A stretch of 64,000 nucleotides of DNA, taken from positions 17,174,001-17,238,000 of the forward strand of contig NC_043002.1 in assembly GCF_006345805.1 (NCBI RefSeq). The letters run 5' to 3'. Shown in pieces: positions 25,498 through 36,942 of this stretch (its first letter is position 1; every line of letters begins with the position of its first letter). The DNA comes from Octopus sinensis. Its lineage: Eukaryota. Position numbers and translations under genes: made by a program. The notes below the pieces were generated by a model. The model did no database searches. It saw only the letters and a program-made list of their open reading frames with translations, and had not been told where the DNA came from.

Positions 25498-26140
25498 GAA
25501 ACTGTATACCAACGATATAAAAATCATACACAAATATGGATGTAATACTATTCAAGATTAGCCGAAACATGAGCATTGACGGATTATATCTTAGCTGTGA
25601 ATACGGGGTAGGAGAGCTAACATAGTGAATGGCTTGCTTACGGGTTTCAACTTGCCACAAGCATATTCGAACCGTTAATATTTACGGAAAAAAGCCAAAG
25701 ACACGTGAGAGAAAATGCTGGTTTATTTGTTTGACGCTCGAGCCGAATGTAAAAGTCTTTAAATTTGCGCGCCTACGTTCATCGACAGAAAGGGGTGAGA
25801 GGAAATAAGTGAGACACAAGGAAAAAGAAGATTCAACATGTGCGCGCGCGCATGTCTCTGTTTGTGTGTGCGTGTGTGCCTCTGTGTGTGTGTGTGTGTA
25901 TGTGTGTGTGTGTGTGTGTGTGTATCATACTCTGGATCAGCTTTTATTAGTCATTACTGAGTTAGAAACTGTATACCAACGATATAAAAATTATACACAA
26001 ATATGAATGTAATCCTATTCAAGATTAGCCGAAATATGAGCATTGACGGATTATATCTTAGCTGTGAGTACGGGGTAGGATAGCTAGCATAGGGAATGGC
26101 TTGCTTACGGGTTGCCACAAGCATATTCGAACCGTCAATA
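25496..26140. repeat. Dispersed direct duplication: 25496-25680 and 25963-26140
   Basis: About 180-bp copies starting TAGAAACTGTATACCAACGATATAAAAA; differ by several substitutions and a 7-bp indel. Confidence 0.9.
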
Positions 26141-26881
26141 ACATTGTATATAGCTGAGAGTATACAAAAAGAGAACAGAATAAATGACATGAGATAGAAT
26201 TAGAAAGATTGATATTGAAAACATGGTGATTGCGTTCTCTGACCATTGCTTTAGGTGACTGAGGCTGAGAATGTCTCTGCACAGGAGTAGACCAGCAGCC
26301 ATTAACATGAGGAATATCTAAATATATCCAATCTTTCTTGTTTCTGATATTTTAAAATCTAAACAGAAGTTTTTGACTCACATATTTTTAAAAGAAGTTT
26401 TCAATATGAACATGAAGTTTGTAAGCTCATGTTGCCAAAATATATTATTTACCAAACGTAAATAATTTAATCAATACATATAGCATAAAAATAAACAAAA
26501 ACAGGAAAAATGGATCAGAAAAAATGGATTTTCTTCAATATTCATGCTTTGTTTATGATAGCAACATATGTCACGCTTTGATCGTTTGCCTTCGAAACTA
26601 AAAGTATTGCTGAAGATATCCAGCCATTTATGCGATATCTCTAATTCATTTACAGACTGTAGTTGCAACACGATGTTTGGTTTTAAAAAGCTGATTTACC
26701 TTTGAAGTTTACGAAAAACTAATTGATAATTACTAAAGAGACTCTTCAAAATGGAAAAAAGAAAGCATTTATAATCAGATAGACTTGGTAAAATATTCCA
26801 CTTACTCGAGTGAAATCGGCTGGCATTAGCTATAAAAGATCATCTATAAAAGTAATAAGCAAGTATGGCTGTATGTGTATG

Positions 26882-26930
<49 letters not shown>

Positions 26931-27108
26931 AATACATATATGCACGCATATATACACATATGCAAAGACACGTATATATAATCATATGTATATATATATA
27001 TATATTAAAATATATATACTTATGTATATATACATACAAATCTTTATACGTTTGTCTGTATGTGTGTGTGCGTGTATGTATGTTTGTGTCAATATACATA
27101 TATGTGTA

Positions 27109-27149
<41 letters not shown>

Positions 27150-28385
27150 CATTAATATATATATGTATGCATATATGAAAATTCATATATACATATTATA
27201 TATATGTATGTATGTATATGCATATATTTACGTATATATATATATATATATACATAGGTATATTATTTATTTATATATAGATATATATATACCACATACA
27301 CCACACACACCACACATAATATATATATATATATAATATAAATTATATATATATATGGTATGCATACAATATATATAATTTTGTATATATTAACACAGCT
27401 ATAATTTGATGAATTGTAAAAGATTTTTTTCAATTTGGTTTTCCCCTCTCGTTTATTATCGTCGAGCACTGAAATGTTTTTCTGTGCTTTGAAGGAGAAA
27501 GTTTGATAACTTAATTTGTTCTCCTTCAGAAAATGAGCTTCTAATCTTGGCTTTTAGACATTTGATGTCAGAACATAAGCGCGCAATTGTCATAGATATA
27601 TGTGTGCACACATATCTGTATATGCTTATATATGCATATTTATATATATATATATAGCCAAAACATACTTATACACATACAACTTATTTATATATATATG
27701 CATAGGCACACACACATATATAGACGCATACATATAAATGCAAATATATCGCTTTTATGTTTCTTTTTTTCTTTGACTTGCCGTGGTCATCTGTCTGCGG
27801 CCATGATGCAGCAACTCCTTGAAGAAATTTTATTGCAATTGTTCTTATATTTTGTTAAACCAGGTATTTATTCGCTCGGTCTTCGTGGCGGAACTCCAAT
27901 GTTACGGGTCCCAAACAGACGGACAGTGGTTGCCCCGCAGTGGTAGCCAACACAAGTGGCAGAGGGTAATGACTAGCACTGCTTTTGCTAAAGTTGAAAG
28001 TTAAATAAATTCAAAGCGACAACAGCACTGCCTTAAATGTTCGACAAAGGGGATAAGTCTTCAACGCACACAGCCGGATCGCAATTTCGGATTTTTATGA
28101 AGGCCATTTTAATCCTCATCAGCTGCTCTTATCGCCTTGGGTTAAACACAACTACGTCAGTTTTATAAGAAGGACCGTTGAAAACGTGTACTGATTTCTA
28201 AAACGGTATGTGTGTAAAGAACAAATTAAAATTAGTGGGATTTAGCAATTTGATTTTGTGGTTTTGAGTTAGTTTAACACTTACTTTCAGCTAAAGCGGT
28301 GATCGTCAATACCCTCAGTCACCTTTTTTTACCTGTATTAGTATATAACTATGTATATATATATATATTTATATACATACCCCCC

Positions 28386-28443
<58 letters not shown>

Positions 28444-28446
28444 CTT

Positions 28447-28647
28447 TTATTCGTTTCAGTCATTTAACTGCGGCCATGCTGGAGCACCACTTTTTCGTCG
28501 AGCAAATGGATTCCAGGACTTATTCTTTGTAATCCTAGTACTTGTTCTATCGGTCTGTTTTGCTGAACCGTCTGCTACGGGAACGTAAACATACCAGCAT
28601 CGGTTGTCAATCGATGTGAGGGGGACGAGCACAGACACACAAACATG

Positions 28648-28650
<3 letters not shown>
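28447..28650 (-). mobile_element. SINE family C 3' half, diverged
   Basis: CGTTTCAGTCATTTAACTGCGGCCATGCTGGAGCACC...CAGCATCGGTTGTCAA matches family C in reverse; ends in (TA)n. Confidence 0.8.
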
Positions 28651-28689
<39 letters not shown>

Positions 28690-28696
28690 ATATATT

Positions 28697-28750
<54 letters not shown>

Positions 28751-29298
28751 ATGTATGTATATATGTATATTTATATATTTGTGTGTGTCTGTGTGTCTGC
28801 CTACCTGTTTCTGTGTAAGAATGCGAATACCTAATCGTGTGAAGAAGTGCTCATCAAAAAGTCATTTTTACAGATATCTGTAAATCATCAAGGATTTAAT
28901 TTAATGCACCTATCGAAACATATGTCGGTGATATGGTGATAGGAATGTTTTAAATACCATATTGAGCGTTTGTCTCCATTTTCCATTATTCTTATTTTCT
29001 CCAAAACATATCTTACCTCTCCTCGGAATTAAGACCAACGCAAGTCTGATTACTAATTCGTTCGCCGTTTATGTGTCATGTGGCTATCTTGTAACTTTTC
29101 TTCTGTATCTTCCCGTGTGAAGTGAACGTTTATATAAATATATCAACTTATTACACCTGCTTGTCTTTTAACACACCTGTCTTCGTCCTTTGTTTTTCTG
29201 TTCTATAAATTTCAACTCCATATATGTAGAGAGAGAGAGAGATATTTACATGCATACATAAATACATAGGCATATACATACATACATGCATACATACA

Positions 29299-29836
29299 TG
29301 GTGGTGGCTGTCCCCTCGTTATCGAGTATGGCCATTGCACGAAGCTTAACCAATGTTGTTATCGTGCAATGCCTGTGCAAGAAGATTTTTTTTAAGTGAG
29401 GAAAGGCTGTGCACTGAGTCAATCTCACTCACTAAGCAACAGCAGCCATAATCCGAAAAGAAGAACAAGTCAACATCATCGGTAACCACTGAGCCGCAGG
29501 TTTTATTTCGGAGTTATACAAGTTACGTGAGTTACCTTCTCCTAGAAGAATGTCATAACAAAGGCTAGGAGTCCTTCACTCCCAATGGTTTAACCGCGCG
29601 ATCGGGTATTCTATGTCCCCGCGCATGATACAGCCTTAAGACATTTATTGGATGGCCGTTGACTCTCAAGAGTTCCTCCGCCCTTTGAAGGGTTTTGTTT
29701 TTCATCCCGCAGGGTGTCCAATAAACACCCTCCTCACCAAGTAAGCTTGGTGGGGTTGCCGGTTTAGTCGCCGACGACCCGACCATGCAACAGGTTGTAC
29801 TGGGTTACATGTTACCAGTAGCACTCGAAAGTGACC
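29299..29836 (-). mobile_element. Short non-autonomous RTE-like derivative (5' UTR joined to 3' end)
   Basis: GC-rich minus-strand sequence resembling RTE 5' UTRs (..CTTCTAGGAGAAGGTAACTC..) running into an RTE-like 3' end CTCGATAACGAGGGGACAGCCACCACC with a (ATGT)n tail; (TACA)n on both sides; no coding capacity. Confidence 0.55.
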
Positions 29837-30480
29837 TGACATACATACATACATGTATACATACATACATGCATTTATGTATTATGTCCTATATATTTTC
29901 GCAGAACTCGTGAGCGCCAGCATTTCGCAATTTTTACTGTTTGAAAAGTGGTCGTATTCACGTACTTAGTATAAAAGTTTACTATTTGAACGTGTGCGAA
30001 ATATATGTTTGCAATATCTATCGTACTGCAAAACCGTTTTATGCCGACGTCTATTTTTTAAAGATTACTACGTGCATACGTAGATACATATATATGCATA
30101 TTTATATAGATATATAGGTGCATATGTGGGGGAAGGATATGAAAGTGTGTGTAATCTTTCAACATTTTCATGTAATATGTAACTGGAGCTTTCTTCAGAC
30201 GTCCTATAGAATGAATGCACGCTTTGATTCCATTGAAATGTCCACAGAATTTCCTGTCATAACCTGATACACACCTACTGTCATAACACACTGTTTACAG
30301 TAGTAATAGCACTTGCTGAGAGTTAATTAATTCTCTCTGCATGAGTTCTACTAAGATCTTCCGGAACATAGAGGTGGCTTTTGAACTTTCTTCGGAGACG
30401 AATATTTTGTACCATATATATACTATATATATATATATGTGTGTGTGTGTATGTGTGTGTGTGTGTGTGTATATGTTTGT

Positions 30481-30524
<44 letters not shown>

Positions 30525-31029
30525 ATGCGCGTGTGTATGTAAATGTAATATGTGACAATTATTCGCTAGCCATGATAAAACTCCGAGTTTCGGATGCCGA
30601 GGTGGAAATCCACACTGCCATCATCTCAGTTACCCGGCCATCGGAAACATGACCGTTATACAATGGGAAATTACTTTGTGGTTGACCGTTATTCATAAAA
30701 AAGAGCTATTTGTATGACCGCTAAGTGAGGGGGGTGTCTTACCATTTTTATCAATATATATATATAGATATGCCCTCATACAAGCTATGGAAAGAAACGT
30801 CTGAAACTGAAGAAGTAACTTCTCTTCAACATCTGAGAAGCCAGATAATTTTTCCCCATAATTATGAATCTCAGTTCAGAACAGAATATGATTACATTAA
30901 TCGATTTCGGAAGGAAACGAGAAAGAAAAACTTCTATATAGAAATTACTAAGCAAATGTTAGAGATGAAATTATTGACATTTAAACGAATACAATTATAC
31001 AAGTTCAGCCTCACACTTTGAAATACACC

Positions 31030-31530
31030 GCTCACAATTAAGAAACAAGAAACAATTCACACAAAAATATACGAGAAGAAATCAGCCCGTAGTTAGGTAT
31101 ATCAAATGTCCACCAGCAATGACAAATATCCAACGACTTACTTCCTAATGTTAAGTCGTTTACCAAGAAGCAACGTACGACTCCAACCTTTCTCGGATGC
31201 CCATGTTGAGTGCGCTATACCTTCCGTTGTTTATGAAACGTAGGTTTCAGAGAACTACCACAATGGCCGTGAAGATACCAAACGTTATATCGGATTCGTA
31301 GAAGGAAAATACAGATCTAGATATAAGAACCATCTTTCAAATTTAAGGTGCACTCACTGATGACTTTCAATAAACTTTGCTGTAATCTGAAATGACGAAA
31401 GGACCAGTTTCGACAACAAATGGAAATCCTCTCCAAATCCAGAACTTATATTAACAGGTGTAAAAATTTGTTCAGCGTGTTCTCTTGAAAATCAGTAATT
31501 ATTAAAATATTCACATTCGTAGAAAGAGCC
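31030..31530 (+). pseudogene. Decayed PLE GIY-YIG endonuclease
   Basis: SVVYET*VSEN..DTKRYIGFVEGKYRSRYKNHLS, followed by frameshifted W.ILSKSRTY..CSACSLE-like text; multiple stops. Confidence 0.65.
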
Positions 31531-33008
31531 TTTTTCTGCATGTCATCATTACAAGAATTACATATTGTTGGGCTTTGAAGGTAAATCCCCTGTCACTTAA
31601 TAAACCATTAATATCTGGTTTATATCTGGTTGACATCCAAATATTGTAACGTTGGCTATCTCTCTTGTGCAATTTTCTTCTTGTCTTTTTCAAAGGTTAT
31701 CTGCTCAATAGACAACAAATTGTCTTATTTTAAGCTTGATAAATGAAGAATTAAGTTACTTCAAACAGGAAATTCTGGGTAGCTATAGCTACAAGATTTA
31801 TGGCTTTTTGCTCCAAGATTTTATATATCTGCGTACATATATGTATGTGCATGTGTCTGTGCGTGTGTGGGTGTATATTAGATGTATGTACATGTAAATA
31901 TACATACATATACTATATCTATAAAATTGAAGTTTTGTGTACCCCATCAACTTCTACATCTTTCATCCAATTTCTTTAAAACTGTATACACAGCTACTTC
32001 ATATCCCCGCCCGAACGTAGGCTTGTTAGATCTTTAAAAGATCGATACTGGGACGTCTGATTTGAATTAATCAGTTGTTTTATAATCTATAGGGTCTTCC
32101 ATAGTTTTTAAATCTTCTTATAAACATGCAAGGGTTTGTCTATTTATTTATTGCGACTGTCCACCTGTCGTGGTGATTGATTGACTAGGAACACTGTACG
32201 CGATGAATGTCCAATACCGAACAATCTTAATCTTCATATTTAAACTGCGTTAAACTTTGGCAAGCTTAAATTTACCTACTCAGAGTTACTTGAAATGTTA
32301 TGTCCTCTTCCCTCTCTTCTATTCGTTGCTATCTTTGTTTACCTAATAATTCGTTGTTTCAGTTTCAGGATGCTTATTTATCCAAACATTATGATATTTC
32401 GACTGTTGCCCATTGTTTTAAATACGTTTTAGCATTGTCGTTCTAGCCTTTTTTAAACACTCACTCAAAGTATCAACATTTAAATAAGTGTTAGGCTTCC
32501 ACTAGCGAAAGCCACACGTACTTTTCAGGAAGCTCCATCCCAATTAAACTTTATACTGCATTCGCTGTAAGTGGATGCGCAGTTTATGTGGGAAGACAGA
32601 ATAAAGGGGCTTTTGTTAGCTTATCCCTTCGGAAAAATAGCTCCATTTGCTGTTGAAAGAAATAAACTCGCAGAGTACAAGTTTCAACATCTTCCTTCAA
32701 TTTCATTACACCATTTATGTGGGTGTTTCTGGCAAGAAATGTCGATTTCATGTAAAACAACTATATTTCGTAGACATTTTCCGTTATCTCCTCCCAAAAT
32801 ACTTCAGTAGCCCTACTTTGCATCGCTTATGTTCATTAAAGTGCAACGACCTCCACTATAACCAGCCTTCAATCTGATTTTCCGTTGCTAGGTTAATCGG
32901 AAACATAGAATCCCATGCTACTCATAAACCTTTTCGGTAGTTCAATCATTTGATGAAAGAAACACCACCAAAGCAACTTTAAACGTCTAAAGGGCTGGTG
33001 CGTTGCTA

Positions 33009-33047
<39 letters not shown>

Positions 33048-33048
<1 letters not shown>

Positions 33049-33169
33049 TATTATATAGAAGGAGCTTCTACAGGACTAGAACTGTTTCATTCAAGAGAAA
33101 TTGGGCTTCCTGAAGATTTCTCTTGAATGAAACAGTTCTAGTCCTGTAGAAGCTACTTCTATATAATAA
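33048..33169. repeat. Near-perfect palindrome, 54-bp arms, 14-nt loop
   Basis: 33048-33101 versus 33116-33169 has one mismatch; (TA)n immediately upstream and about 70 bp downstream. Confidence 0.95.
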
Positions 33170-33237
33170 ATTAATTTTACTCTGCTATGTATTGAGTACA
33201 TTATTTACTGTGGTTAACCCCGAATCAACCCGGGACC

Positions 33238-33282
<45 letters not shown>

Positions 33283-33289
33283 CATATAT

Positions 33290-33331
<42 letters not shown>

Positions 33332-33355
33332 ATATGTATATGCATACACACATGC

Positions 33356-33388
<33 letters not shown>

Positions 33389-34422
33389 CGTGTGTCTGTG
33401 TGTATATATATGTATATACTATAATTTAAGTTTCTCCCAAAATTGCAAATTAAAACAGCTAATTAAGCTAACATGAAAATTTACATCATCACTGACTCTT
33501 CAGCCACTATCAGATAAGCAATCGAAATCGCTGTTTTTAAATCATAAATATATTTTCTAGATAAAATTCCCCGTGTATTTCCATTTCTATTTTTACTATA
33601 ATTCACTGTGTGCTGGATTTTCTCGAAGTGTTTCACTCTATATGTATATATAAATGCCGGTGCCCCAGCACGTCCACAGCTCGTGAGCTGAAACTAGATA
33701 AAATAAAAAATATAATATCTATATAAATGTGTGTAAGTGTGTATGTGTGATTGTGCGTGTGTGTGTATGTCTGCGCCTGTGTGTAGGTGTATGTATGTAA
33801 GGATAGTAAGTTTCATATATTCTCTTTACATTTCTAATTTCGTTTATTTTTTTCTATGCTATTAGAACTACTTCGTGGGAATAGTAATGATTTACATATG
33901 TTTTAGACACACACACAAACAAAAGCACACACAAGCACACACACATATGCAATATACACACCAACTTGAATCTGACTCTATATAATCCCTACTAGATAAA
34001 TTCTGAGGATTTCAATGGTCTCTAAGATTTAGATAAAATCATAAAATAGATGTAATATATACCTGAGTATGTGAGAGTGTGTGTCTGCCTGTGCTGCTGT
34101 GTGTGTCATTGTTGTATGAGTACATAAATTTCCAGTTGAATTTCCATGTTTTTGTATATGTTTTCTGTATATTTTTACCTATCTTTAAGTACGTGCGTAT
34201 ATCCATTTATATTATGTTACATAAATTATTTGTAATGTCATACACCTTGCGCTACAGGGAAATATTAAGTTATTATCTATATAGCATAGTGCTACATGTT
34301 GGAATTGCTTTTAAAATTTTGAAATCTCTAACGATCTCATTACAACACTTACATTGCAAACTAAACTTGAATATGTGTGAACGCAAACATATACAGTTTT
34401 ATACATACATACATACATACAA

Positions 34423-34455
<33 letters not shown>

Positions 34456-34465
34456 CATACATACA

Positions 34466-34497
<32 letters not shown>

Positions 34498-34504
34498 CAT
34501 ACAT

Positions 34505-35590
34505 AAACACCTTAAAATTTCAAACAAATTTACTTTAACATGGGGTCAGGTAAAGGTTGGCTGTAATTACAACTTTGGTTCTATGAGGTATGGATTCCTA
34601 CAAAAGTTTGACCTATTTCCAAAGGAATTTTTGTGCATTCTTCAGCTAAAACAGTCTCCAGTTCTTGCAGATATGGTGGTGAAGGATATCGACTTGCTTT
34701 TCTAAAATGCACCATAAATGTTCAATAATACTGGGATCTGGTGGTCAGATAAAATCTGGTGGCCAGATAAGATGTTCAACTTCACTAGAATGTTGTTCGT
34801 GCCATTTAGTAACAACTTTAGCTGTGTGAATTGATGCATTATCATCCTGAAAGATTGTGTTTCCTTCCAGAAACATTTCCACAACCATAGGAAGAATTTG
34901 ATCAGACAAAATGCTTCAATAGCATTGACTATTAATTCTACCATGAAAAGAAACCATTGGGCCGGGGGATTTCCATAATATACCCTCCGTGTTTAACAGT
35001 TACAAGAACGCAGTTTGCGTCAAATGCTTCTTTTGTCTGTCTCCACTCGTATACTCGGCTGGTAGTCGGAAGTAAGATAAAAAATGACTCGTCCGAGAAA
35101 ATAACATTCTTCCATTGCTCTAAGGACCAATTCTGTAGGCATTTACTCCAATCTAAACGCTTTGCAACGTTTGCTTTTGAAAGTAGCGTTTTTCAGATTG
35201 ATGCCCTCCCGTGAAATCCAAATTTGTGAAGGTCCGAGTGAACAATGTTTGTAGAAACTGGGTTCCCGAGGTGGTCATTAAGCTCTGTAGTGATTTTGGG
35301 AGTTGTACGTTTGTGATCATTTCTAACAATTTGCGTGAGAATCCGATGGCCCGTATCTGAGAGCTTTAGTTTTCTTCAAGAGTTTTGTTTCGACAAGAAG
35401 GTTTTTTCCTCTGTCTCAAAGGCTGTAATTACTTTCGAGACAGTACTTCTTGATACATCAAATATTTCGGCTGTTTTCGTTACGCAAGCGCTTGCGATAC
35501 GAGGACCAACAATTTGAGCTCTTTGAAAGTCCAATAGATCTTTCACTTCAATGATGCTATGATGCTAGGTGTTTCCATTATTTTGTCCAA
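34505..35590 (-). mobile_element. Decayed Tc1-family transposon (DDE transposase pseudogene)
   Basis: Minus strand: [29 protein letters not shown] (HTH), WKNVIFSDES, QDDNASIH, IIEHLWCILEKQ; stops and frameshifts; right end GGTGTTTCCATTATTTTGTCCAACCC next to (TA)n; left TIR mostly lost into (TACA)n. Confidence 0.9.
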
Positions 35591-35676
35591 CCCATATATA
35601 TATATATATATTCACACACACACATATTTATATATATATATACCTATATATATAATATATATATATTCATATACAT

Positions 35677-35754
<78 letters not shown>

Positions 35755-36942
35755 TGAGTATGTATGGGGTGCATCCAAGGTGTGTGGGGTGTATGCATCG
35801 TGCATGACGTATATCGGTTTGAATGGGTGTTCGCGGAAGTAATACATGTACTTATCTTTGTTGAACTATACAAAGAATATTGATGCTAGCGGAAATAGAA
35901 ACTGAGACCCAGTAGGTCTTCCTCTGTATACGTTCAGCTAATATTTATTTAATGATCAGATTTCACTCTCAAATACTTTCCTGACGAGGGTCTTGTGAAC
36001 TGTTGACATGTATGATATTCCTTACTTTATCATCATGGCTATAGGAATATTACAACTTCCTCATCCGCTTCCGTATGCACCTTATCTTCATACTTATTTG
36101 TTGATGATAAACTTGATACGTAAGGGAACAAAATGAGATACTCAGCGCAATATTAATTTGCGATAATTTCATACATGTGCAGAGAAATTGTAAGATGTGC
36201 AATATAATTTCCACTTTAGTACAAATATAATGATACATTCCAGATATTGATCTGTGATTCTCGTTTAGGTTCTTGAAATATATGAATTTATAGTACATAT
36301 CTCTGAATACAAAGTTTCTGTATAATATTTACACACGTGATATATGCAAGCTTGCATGATACATATCTTGGTATTTAATTAAAAAAGAGAATGAATGTCA
36401 GCCAGTTTTTGATATTCATATTACACATAATCTAAACAAATTAATTAACGTACAATTCTTTTCATATATTTACTGATTGAAGCGATGTGAATCGTGCGAT
36501 CGTCACTTATAATGTTCAAATTATCTTTAGCTTAGTAATGTCAATTCCGAAACAACACACAATATTAAAACTCATAACATGACAAGAATGTAACGTAATG
36601 CTTAACGTATGGCAATTTTGTAGACAACATGATATTAATTTAGGTCACCAATGCTCTTATTTCTTTTCATTTTCAGAGGTTAATAAGTTTCATAACAGAC
36701 TTGCACCAAAATTACAAATTATTCCCGTTAACGTTTAATCTAAACTTTTGTATTCATATTTATCTCTATCGCTATACATGCAACTTTTAATGTAATGTTT
36801 ATATACTTCTATTATATATATTGTGTGTATAAGCGTGGGCGTGTGTAAATATATGTAACTATAAACATGTATAAACATACATACATACATATTTATATAT
36901 GTATATACATATGTATATATAATATGTTTATGTTTGTGTTTT

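Noticed and set aside
34079-34705. 208-aa ORF
   Set aside because: AT-rich sequence plus (TACA)n plus the antisense of the Tc1 end; no domain.
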